42,984 bases of DNA, taken from the NCBI GenBank assembly GCA_000708835.1, contig DF237378.1:38184-81167 (forward strand), read 5' to 3'. Positions 1 to 11,237 of the stretch are shown here, one piece after another. The notes under the pieces are model-generated. The model did no database searches. It was not told where the DNA came from and saw only the letters and a list, made by a program, of their open reading frames with translations. The stretch is from Klebsormidium nitens (Eukaryota > Plantae > Klebsormidiophyceae). Every line of letters starts with the position of its first letter. Positions within the stretch are counted from its first letter, which is position 1. Both the position numbers and the translations under genes were made by a program.

Positions 1-3000
1 CAGTTGAGCACCGCAGTGCAGTAGAATGCGCGCAAAGTAGGCGCGAAAACGTGCAGGCGCTTTGTCGTGACGGAGGCGTCTCCCAGTCATTGCTACAGAA
101 CTAGAAAGCGGGAACGCGCAGTTCGCGGCCTGACAGCAACACCCAGTACAGGTGGCATGCATGGCGCCGTACTCAGGACTGGGCTGCCATGAAAGGCTCC
201 GTTATTAGGAGCGGTCGAGCAATCAGAATCAAGACAAGAACGATTGTTGCCTTGGAACCATGACACCGAGTGCGTTGCGAAACAGTACGGGACGTGGCTT
301 TAAGCGTCTGTGTACGTTTTTTACCAGAACTTCCAATGATTCAAATAAGTGTTAGTGGCGTCAGATATCAGACGGCAATGTAGATGGCAAAATAAACTGC
401 CAGCCCAGCATCAGTGCCACCGGCGCTACATTGGCTTGGCACTCAAACACCAAGCCCAGGATTCCCGCCAGCTCAGATTTCGCTAGAAATATATTTGGCC
501 GAGTGCCGACGGATTCCAGGAATGTCGATCGGATACAAGAACGTCAGGCATACGTTTTCTCTTACAAGGTGGTTTGTACAAGAGTTCTAGTAAAGAGTAT
601 TGACGAGGAGCATGACCATCTGATCTGACCTATATCATAGTTTCCCAACTTCTACAAAGTCAAACCATGACCTGATCAACAATGGCTCCTGGGTCGCAAA
701 CTAACCGCTTGGGATCCCATCGATCTTGCATCGAATTCAACAAGGATGAGCCGGCTTCCGTACTGGCTTGATCGCTTGACCTTCTTTCCTTGGAAGTCTT
801 CGTCTATGAAGTTTCTCAAGCTACAGATGGATTTGATTCTGAAGTTCGGTTATTATATAAGTTCATTCATGTCCATTTAATTCCGCTATATTGCTGACGT
901 GTACTGAAAGGACGTGTGGCAATGGAAATTCGCGCCCATCAACTGCAATGACCCCCACCGGCAAGGTGTCATATATAACTGAGCCGTCAAAGTTATGACC
1001 ATGACTCACCCGAGTCGCCTTCAGGCCTAGCAGTACGTTACCGACTTTTAGACCTTGATCAGGATCGATCAAACGCCATTCAGTGTTGTCGGCACACACC
1101 CTCACCTTGACTTCAACTTTTGGACGAGCAAGATTCAGACAATCCTGTTCAATAAGCATCAAACGGTCCTCATATCCGACGGAGCTCCAGCCCAGGATGC
1201 TTCGCCGACCCATCCATTCCACCACCATATCACTTCAAGTGAAGCTAAAATTATCAAGGGCGCCTAATTAAGAGTCGAGATCTGGCAAGACCATCAGTGA
1301 GCTTTGCCGGGGCCCGACCTACAGTGAAGCGGTAGCACGCGCGCGCGCATGAGCTCGGAACCAATCCTCGCAGCCGTCATTTGTGGCTTAAAACTTTGGT
1401 TGTGATCAAAGGGCCCCTCAGAAGGCGACGATATACATGGACCGACATCGTGACATCAGCAGAACTGTATGAGGGTGGTTCAGCAAGCAGCCGGTGACTG
1501 CAGCCGGGCCGCCTCTGTTCCTCATCGACACAATGCAACGCCTCATTCAAGCCGATGGAGCTAGGAAAGAGTCTTAGGGAACAGAGCGCCGACGACATTA
1601 GGTCCAAATGTTACCATTTGGTGCCGATCTGACCGGCAGTTGAGAAACGACTTCATCGTGGTATCCAAATACATTACCATACTGACCGGTGGAATTGAGA
1701 AAATTTACGTGGGCTGCAGCAACCAACAAAGGGTCACGCGACCGGTTCTCGTCGACTCTCCACGTGGGTCTTTCATTGATGCTCTAGGAATACCTTTTAC
1801 CAGCACCTCGAAAAGTTGAAAGCCACACGTAAGTATCTCTAAGATCTGAGGATGAATTAAGTTATTACATTCGAAGCTACTCGAAGGTTCCAACAAGTCT
1901 GCCAGAAAGACTACGCTACACCGTACAGTCTCAAATGGCAGGGGCTCGCAGGCCGGAACCCATCCGCGGAAGCTTTTCTGAACCAATCGAAACGTCCGCA
2001 GAGACATTTCCAGCCTTGTGGGAAAAACAGCTACGCGAAAAGCTGGTGCGCGTTAAAGGGGGCGCAGGCGTCACGCCGGCGGCATGGCCGAAGCGTGACG
2101 ATGGCACAAGTTAGGCAAGCGAGCATCGTCCGATAGATTGAACTCGTGCTTTTCTGCCGTCCTTTTTGAAATGCACTCACGAGTGCATACGTACGCCCAC
2201 AGCTTTGAAGGCCGCCATGCGCCCAGCCGCTGCAAAAAAATTCCGGTACACAATTTCTCTAGGTGGTCACTGTCAGGGTCAGAAAAGTAGAAGCTCAGGA
2301 ACGGCGTTTTATAAACGGTGCTTAGAAATCATACACGGGACACAAAAGGAGGTTGATTCACTTGCGTCCTCGAGAGTCCAGGCAGAGTCGGAAGATCAAG
2401 GACAGTTCTGGTTCTGAAGAGGTACACAACTAGTACATGTGGCTGCCTACTGCAGCCCAGAACATTCTCATCATTACCAACCAGTCTGAGATGTCCTGAA
2501 TTGCGTGCGTATGCTGAATACGGGCCCCCATTGGTTTAACAGTTGGACAAGATTGTGGACGAGATTGTAGCTAGCCTGCAACGTTATGGAGCCCAAGTCA
2601 CGAGACGTCGGCCACGGAAACGAGGATAGCAGGCTTTCCCTCAATGGGGAAAGGTTTTCAGTAGCCTGTCAGGCCTCTATCGAGCGTCTTGCGATGAGGT
2701 GATTCCACGACCTAGCGTTTAGAATCGGTCTACAGTAGTCGGAAAGGAAACGAGCGGCCATGGGGTAAAGTGGACCCAATCGAACCACCGCAATGAGCTA
2801 ACGGAACAGCTTTGGACAGAAGCCTTACGCGGACGGAAGAAAGAGCCTTACCCAGGCCTAATCGCTGCTCAACCCCGGCAAGAACCACAGTGCTCCGTAA
2901 TCGCGCCGGTCCAGTGCGGCTGCCGGAAGCTTTGCTGATCCGCCGACACAATCCGCTCAGAAAGGGTGAAACGCATAGCACTTGAAGATAATTGTCAAAA

Positions 3001-6000
3001 GAAAAAGAAAAAGACAAAATGCGATCCCGTCAGTGCGTTCCCGCGCCGCAATTTCAAAGCTGGCATCAAAGCCCGATCGGTGTCCCAGCGTGCGCGGCTG
3101 GTCGCGCACTTGATCGGCCCGGATCTCACGGCCGCCCCTGCAAACGCTGGCTTCTTTCAAACTGCGAGACTTAATGATGCTGCGAAGTGAGGGGTTACAC
3201 GACAGAAGGGTGCGGGCGCGCTAGCGCGCGCGCGCGAGCGCGTGAGCGAGCGCGTGAGCCTATGAGCAGCGGTGTTACCGCCGGAGTCATGGCCTTCAAT
3301 GCATCTGCGAAATCCTCCGTTCGTATTCATAGTGCTTATACGGCCTCTGGTGATGAATGAAGCAGTCGGTTGACCACCAGCACTCAAACTAGTTGATCTG
3401 TCAGCTGTCTATATGAGAGCATCGGGTGGGGATCGGGTGCTGATATGTCATAAGCAATATAGTCTGCCAATCGAGTAGAAGCAATGAGAGCTTCACCTGT
3501 GCCGATTTTCAGCAATCTGGGCACGTTTTCATCTCTCAACTATGTCGGCGGCGTCAGTTACTGGCATACGTGCCCTCTTCAACAAGAGAATGCGGTGCAT
3601 GGGCGCAATGCGCACCAACTGGCTGCCGTCCTTCATTTGCGTGACCACGTAATCGACTTGCATACTTTCGCGCCATCTCTTCTGAGTTTCCGCCAAAAAC
3701 TATGAATTCTGACCGGGAGAGAGACGTGAATTGAAGGAGTGCCCCGGGTTGCATCGTATCATCCTAATTGACGCACTCTTTTGAAACTTGCGCTGGGCAT
3801 CCGGACGACCGGACGCTGTCAAGATGCCTTCACTAAATCTCTACGGGTGTTCTCCCCGGCTCGCCTTCACGTCTACGTGGACTGCATCGACGACGTGGAG
3901 GGGCCGTGATCAGAATTATTTAGTAGCGTGGCGTCAGCATATTGCGCTAGCGTGTCGCAAACGGACTATTGGCCGCAACTTGCAGCCATGCTTAGTTCAT
4001 CATCGCCACCCGGCCTCGTCATAGCTTAATGCTCATCCTCGCGGTGCAATTTCATTTATTACTTACAGACCGCCAGCTCGGATCTATTTGTAGGACGCCT
4101 TGACCAAACCTTACAACCAGCGGCCGGACTTAACTAGTCTTCAAAAGCATCCTGAAAGAGTATCAGCTTGTGAAGGGTGCGCACGATACGCGGGGCGCGC
4201 CTCTCATGCAAAGCAAGTTTCAAGGTTATGTTGGCATTAAGAATGAGGGGATTCCTAGCTATATAATGTTATCTGGAGCATTCACAAGAAACATCTAGGC
4301 ACTCCGAGCAGATGGCCATGGCATGATCGGCCCGCGGAACTTTAGGCGCGTCTAGAAAACGAATGCACACCAAATTCTTCAAGCCCATGATCGAGGGACC
4401 TGTATCAACCAGGTACCTACTTCAAGATACTAGACATGGATTGATTGGAATGAGAATAGTCGGGGCCCCTCGTGGACGACAACAACAAAAGAAGGGGGAT
4501 GCAGTTGCCCACGTCCTCGGATTAATTGATCACAACTAGCTTCGAAAGATCACGTTTACTGGTCGACGGGCTTCGCTTCTTTGTCACCCGCAGGATCTGA
4601 CTGGCTAGCTATAGCTAGGGTCGCAAGTCGGCTTGTCACGTGAAAACATATCAAGATGTACGCCGGAATGAACCAGCACCTGGGGAAGCGGCATCGAGCT
4701 TTAAAGCCGCATAACTTTCATCGTAAATTATGCGGAACTTCCATATCATGGCCGATTGACCGACTCTCTTTGTCGTGAAGAAAGCGGGATTGCAGTCCAG
4801 AAAGTGCATTTGCTGGCCGCAAACACAACCACAGGAGAAATGTAAACGCGCAAGTGACCTTTGAGAACCTTGTAGCCGGTAAAAGACCTTGAACTCGCCA
4901 CAAGCTTCTCTATTTTCCGCCGAATATACTCACTACTGTAAAAGTGCAAGCTAAGGCCCGGGCGATGGCCTACGATTCAAAGCTTCATGATTCACACACT
5001 TGAAAGCTCACAATAGAAGGCACCAATGCATGTGCTTAGTCCGGAATCCCAGTGGGTTTTCGAAACTTCGCCATATTCCACATCGAGTGGCATCAATACA
5101 AATCCACGGGAGAGGAATTACCGGCTTGTGTAGACGACGGCAGTCCCGTGATCGGCGGCAGAATGAGCTGGGGGCCATGCGCACGCGCTCGAGCACGCGC
5201 GCGCGTTTCGGCTCTCTGCGGTGGGTTAGCCTGGGGGGTAAAGTCGACGGCTGGATGTGGCACGCGAGAGGGCGTCCGCTTCTTGACACGCGCGCGCGCC
5301 TGAGGCTTTCCGACGCCAGCCGTCATCTCCGAGCGGTGTGTCCATCCGGTCTGGCTGCGCAAATCTCTGATCCAGAAGTGGAGACTCCGTGACTCGGATT
5401 TGTTTTCAAGATGGCCGTTTCGAGTTGTCACCAGGACTAGTACCATCCAAGTCGATTTTGCTTCTTCATGAAGAACTTGTATCCGAAAGCCTTGTAGAAA
5501 TTCTCAGCTACCGCTCTTAATGAAACTTCTTTCGAACGAAAACGATGTCGGGCGAGGGGACCAAACTCAGGGACCCTATAAGCCTAGTCAAAATAGGATC
5601 CGAGCCCTCGGAGCGATCCAGCCAGAGGAGACTTTGTGTCCGCATTTCGATCGATACTTCGTGACTTGATGGCGGATTTATGGGACAGATTGCCCTCCCG
5701 ACGTAGTTTTCCTGACTCAGCAGTTCACAACGTCGATCTCTTCCAGCATGAATGCATTTGCAGCTCAGAAAGCGGTTGCATGTGCTGTTTTTTGTCTATG
5801 ATGCCATTCATCTAAAAGCACGCCGCAAACAGAAAGGTACTGGGACGCTTTTGAAAGGGAGGCGTTTATTGCTGCTATTAGATTATGAAGCTCAATTGAC
5901 AAGCGGCGGGAGAAAGATCGAGGAACGCTTAAGGTACGTATCCGGAAAGTCGTCGAACATCACGGAACGGCAAAACGTCCGTAACAAAAGATCTGAGAGC

Positions 6001-9000
6001 GGAACCGGCAGAAGGATGGCGGATGCGGAATCGGATAAAATAAGTCACTTCATTAGAGACGCAAAGAAACTTTCAGGGAAGTTCGGGGGACTTCTGCCAT
6101 GCCGAGACGAAGGCGCGCGGTCGGCCGCCGCCCCTTGCGGAGGGGCACCAGCGGCCACTGGGCAATTCAGGTCTCTGCGACGTGTGCCGCGCGCGAAAAG
6201 CGTACTGCATCGGAGCTCTACCCAACTGTTTGCGCGGCCAGTCACGCACGCGCCGGTGTTTGGCAGTCCGCTGTGGCCACGTGACTTGCCGCCTAGCTAG
6301 TGCGCGCGCAACAGGGTGTGGCACGTTCGCCGCGAATGATCTTCACGGCCGCGCGCCCTCGCGACCAGTCCCGCCGCCGTGTAGACTGCGGCCGGACGTA
6401 ACAGGAAAGGCGCCCCGAAAGCGCGCAAACCGCGGCCTCAAAGCAACACCTGATCAAACATGTTTGGTCGTCGATAATCTGCTAGCTGTCAATTGGGCTC
6501 CTGGTCGATCCGGACCAGGAGAGGTCGTTCGATCAATAAGGTCAAGAATCAGTGTTATGGTCGATCTTAGAAACAGGCCTGTTATGTCTCCTGAAGAAAT
6601 CGAATCAGACTGGCTGCAAAGGAAAAGCTGGGCTCTAGGAGCACTCCGCTTGTGTGGGACCACCGCTTACTTGTTGATTGGTTTCCTACTTTGGTACGTT
6701 TAGGCGGCGTCAACGAATATTAGAAAGGCGTCACGGCGTTGATGGCAAGCTGGCCTGCCAGGCGCCCATCATCAGTGCCGTCACTCAATACAGGCGTTTG
6801 AAAGGATCCCCAGGCCCACTGATCTCCGGGAGGGTTCGCTTATTACAAGCATGTAATTGTCGCGGTATCCAATCGCTAAAGATGTGCCCAGGCAGGCAAT
6901 GTTCGCAAAATCATCTGACGAAGCGAGAGCGTCAACTCTTTTCGTTTATTGGTGCAGAGTTGGGTCGAAAGCTGGATATCAACGAGAATTATGCTGGTCC
7001 ATTTGCCATAAGGGACCAAGATCCTACGCCCAGCACGACCGGACGCACCGATTTTACCTGCTCAGATCGATCCTGTCCAATCCATAAACCCAGGCCCGGC
7101 CGAGTCTCGGATGAGAAAAAGAAGCGCTTATAATCTGATGAGCAAAAGAAGCACGCCGCGGGGCCCGCGGCCAGTTCTACTAGACAAGCCCTGTTAGTAT
7201 ATCACCAGTATATCAAGCAAATGTGAACTTCTTATTACACGGACTCAGCTGTAAATTTCTGAACGAATGAGAAATATTCCGATTGACGCGGCCCCTCCGC
7301 GATCGGCAAATGCGGATTACGAATAAACCGTTTACATTACGATCCATCAAAATGCACGGCAAGAAAACCGCGAGTGCAAGAGCACGAGCAAGGACAAATA
7401 AAACGTTTTAAGCGACGATGTTGCTATCTAATATATCAGTGATGCATCCCGGTCATGCATCCGGGGCGCTCAGATAGGTGCCTATAGTATACGGAACGAT
7501 AAATGCCGTCAATGCAAGATATGACGTGTTACTTTACCTCGTTAATTATCTGGAATAGCTATTTACACTGTGATTACGTTTCACGAAGCTACTAGGCTGC
7601 CGACCGTTAAGTTGAGGACAAATCGACGTTTTCTGTTGCTTCACCGACTCCTGGCAACTCCGTTATGTATGATCCTAGGAAATGTAAAAGAGTCAATAAT
7701 AATCCAGATATCCTCTAGGAACAAATTTTGAAAACGTGCATGATGAGGCATTGCTGCGCAGACTGGGTGCCGCGCCTCTCCGCCGCACCAGCCGCCCCCG
7801 CAACCCTATGTGCGCTATAAGCCGGGCCGGAGCCGCTTAGGATGCTGACAGGTTAATTCTTTCATTCCCGCGAGCGCGGAGGGATTCCATGACGAAGATG
7901 ATTCTGTGGCATAGACTTATTTGACGTGAACTACGCCTCCTTTCGACGGTAACCTGCAAGTTTGTCTCTGGGGAATACTCTGCACTAGCCTGAATTCTAT
8001 ACTGGATAACTTTTATGGGGGCGGCTTCATGTGCCCGGCGGTCAACGAGCGACTAATGGCAAAGACGCCACTGTCCATCATCACGGCCACCACGTACTAG
8101 CACGCTGACTCAGCATTTTAATAAAGTCCACCATCTCTACACGGATTCGTTCAATAGCCTCAAAACCTGAGCCGTCGTGGAGAATATGATCAGATCCGCT
8201 GGCAACGAGCAAGAAAGGAACAAGGACAAGGAGCAAGCACCGGCGCTGCACGAAGCCGAGCTCATTGTATTCGAGCTTCATCAGAGTAGTCAGTGCCCTT
8301 GCAACAAATCTGGCTGTAACAAGAAGGTGCAGATTGCTTGACATAGGAGAATTCAATGCTCTCAGATCAAACTTCTGGCCGTTGCCGACCAGAATGCTTC
8401 GTTATCGGCTAGCTCTCAAATGCGTAGGGATTCAGAGACCCCCGGGCCACCACTTTCACACAGATGTTAAAATGGACCCTATCAACGCATATCAATTCCT
8501 ATAGCACTCTCAACTTAGTTTTAAAGGAATCATCGAACGTACTTTTCGTGTAGTCAGCCCTTAGCAAGACAAAGGTTCCAGGCAGAGAAAGACATCTCGC
8601 CTCGGGCACTTCAGAAAACACACCACCGTGGCAGCATCATGCAGCCAGACTGTGGTCCTCATCGCCTTACATCTGCCACACATTGCCTCTTTCGAGTCGG
8701 GCTGCCTCAACAGATGTGCAGATAAGAGAATGGTATCTGCAATCCGAGGCCGTTCGATCGTGACGAGCGTTTGTTAGAGAAGGAAACAGAGCTTGCAAAA
8801 GGGAACCGAGAATTACACACTGGTTCATGCGATATACTAGTTGAGTATTAAAGTTGAAGGAGAAAGCCGTCGCGCGTTCTTGGAAGACGGGCTAAGGACT
8901 AAAGCACAAACCATTATGATGGAGACTGAAGAACTCTCTTCAGGGTGGGAAAGGACTCTGATTAAATCCGGCCCATCGGAGCCAATCGCAGAGCAGCCTT

Positions 9001-11000
9001 TTCACACGCGCTCTCAAAAACCGCCAGCACAACAAAACAACCATCACAAAGAGCTCGGAATGGAGTAGTTGTTAGCATTATTGTGCGACACTGCACATGG
9101 TTCTCAGGGGCGCTCCTAGTAAGCTGTGACAACACCAGATGCCAGCCCCACCTCAATCATCACCGCGTGTCGGATTGCAAGGTGCCACTCAAGCACCTCT
9201 TATGAACTATGCGACTTCCACGAACAACGTCTTTGCACGACTCACTGAGACACGACGAAAACCGTGTAGCTGCCATTCAAGTTATTTGCCTTTCTTTTTG
9301 AGGTGACGGCTACGCTTGGGGGATTATAATGGGCAGATCAGATCAACGAAAAACATAAAAGCTGCCCAAAGGCACTGTTCACTCGTCCATGAACCAAGCC
9401 GATGGCGGCTTCCACAGAAAGTAAACCCCGCGCTGACCAGCAGGTCATTCGTGGCCAAAGGGTCTCTTCAAAGCCTTCCTCAAAGTCGTTGTCTCTTCAC
9501 ACGATCGGACCAAAACCACGTTTACAGCAGAATGAGGCTCTCTTTCGCAGCACTGAGTGACGCAAGTCAAGGGGGGCCGAGGTGATCTCCATGACTTTTC
9601 ATAAGGCTCTTGTTTTTAGCTGGAATGCTGTTGAGGTGGGCACGCGGCTCTGATGGGGATTCTACTGACGATGCCTGTTCACAGTGAATGCCAAAGCAGA
9701 ATAGGTGCCTTGCATGATAGACCCACACTGCACAGCCTCCCCCAAGTCTTCAGCGCCCTCAGAATCAAGATCTTAAAAGACTGAGAGCCCATCATGAAAG
9801 ACGGAACTCAATCGGATACAAAGTACTACTTAACATCCCGAGAAGCTTACCAAGTCAGAACTTGGGGGGCTCTTCCGAGGTCAAACATAAGAACGATCCA
9901 TCATTTTACTGAATTTCGAGGAAGCCTAGCTGACAGACTCCGAGGCAGGAAATCGGGAAAAGGCAAGCGACCCTGCAACACTAATCGTGGCCAGCTCTAA
10001 CAGAAACATGCTCCTAGCTAAAATTTTCAACAGAATCTGGATCGAAAGCAGGGAATGCCCACCTAGACTCTCCAGGAGGATTATTCTAGATTGAAAGCAA
10101 GAAATGCCCACCAGAACTGAGGACGACTTCCGACATGCACAAGAATGAAGGAAGAAGTTGAGCAGACTTCTCCTTAGTAAGATTGGATTAGGACTATATC
10201 AGATTGCTATTCAAAGCCTCAAGCGAACAACTCAAGGGACATGCGATTATTCAACCAGACGAGGACGAGAAGAGTATAAGCACAGACGTTGGTACCAATC
10301 TGACTGTCGCGGCTGCCGTGCATTCTGGATGCTTCAATGGGCCTATAGTACTCAGGCATTCTGGCAGCCACGTACAGCCTTGGAGCGGTAAGCTGATATA
10401 AAACTGGACCCTCGATAAGCGTCCAAATACTAATTGGTGTCGGGAAGGAACTGGACCTCTAACTTAGGATTCTGTCAAGTTTCCGAAGCGGCACATGATC
10501 GATGCTAGGTAGGATGCCCTCACGCACGTCTGATCGCAGACCAGCTTGGCCGCAAATAATGCGACCAGATCCAGTGAGACCATGAGCTTTTCCAGCAATC
10601 GCAAGTTGTGTGACGGATGATAGCTAGGATCTTTCGTTTGTCTGACCGTCGATCCGATTAGATCATGCACGTCCTGTGTTTTTTCTTAACGGCATAGCTG
10701 TCCATAACCATCCGTTCATGGTAAATTGGCCACTTGTAATGCACGCCCACTCCACGACCGGCACTGAAGCAGGGAATGCTCAACGAAGATGGAGGGTGGT
10801 GGAAGAGCGACCAGACGTCTCAAGAAGTACTCAAAATGCAGTGCGGCAAACGTACGGCTGACAGAAAACAACATGCTGGCCCCTTCCGGATTCAAACTCT
10901 GACGTGTGCCGTCTAAAAATGCAGTGCTCATGCTATGCTTCTAGCTTGGCAAGAGAACAGTGCAAACGACCGTCATCCTTGAACTGAAAAGACCATTGAG
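1..11000. other. Decayed, probably repeat- or transposon-derived region without intact genes
   Basis: Only short, stop-riddled ORFs with protein-like fragments, interspersed with GC-rich patches. No terminal repeats or transposase, RT or integrase motif could be confirmed by eye. Confidence 0.35.
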
Positions 11001-11237
11001 ACAAGAACTTCCAGAACATGTAATCTGTATTGCTAAGTTTGCGCGACCGAGAGCACCGTCGCTCCTTTTTTACCTCTACGACGTTAGGAAATCCTGAGCT
11101 AGTTGAGGAAGAGGCCTAGTACAAGTGAGCGGACGAACCGTAGAGAAAGAAGTAAGATCGGAGACACAAAGACTAATCTGTCGTGCGCTCAGAGGACACT
11201 CTAGAGGTTTACATCGGTTGAATACAGCTACACGTAC

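Noticed and set aside
1520-1630. Minus-strand HLDLMSSALCSLRLFPSSIG as a hAT dimerisation motif (SSAxxERxFS)
   Set aside because: The key ER residues are absent and no other hAT motif or terminal repeat was found.
3191-3199. GGGGTTACA as an LTR terminus (TGTAACCCC on the minus strand)
   Set aside because: No partner LTR, primer-binding site, polypurine tract or gag/pol remnant was identified.
4850-4950. HKLLYFPPNIL as a pogo/DDE_1 LxFLPPN motif
   Set aside because: The flanking LDNxxxH and QPxD motifs are missing; chance similarity is likely.
5752-6703. 182-aa and 173-aa ORFs as genes
   Set aside because: They are Arg/Ala/Pro-rich products of a GC-rich patch with no splice or domain support.
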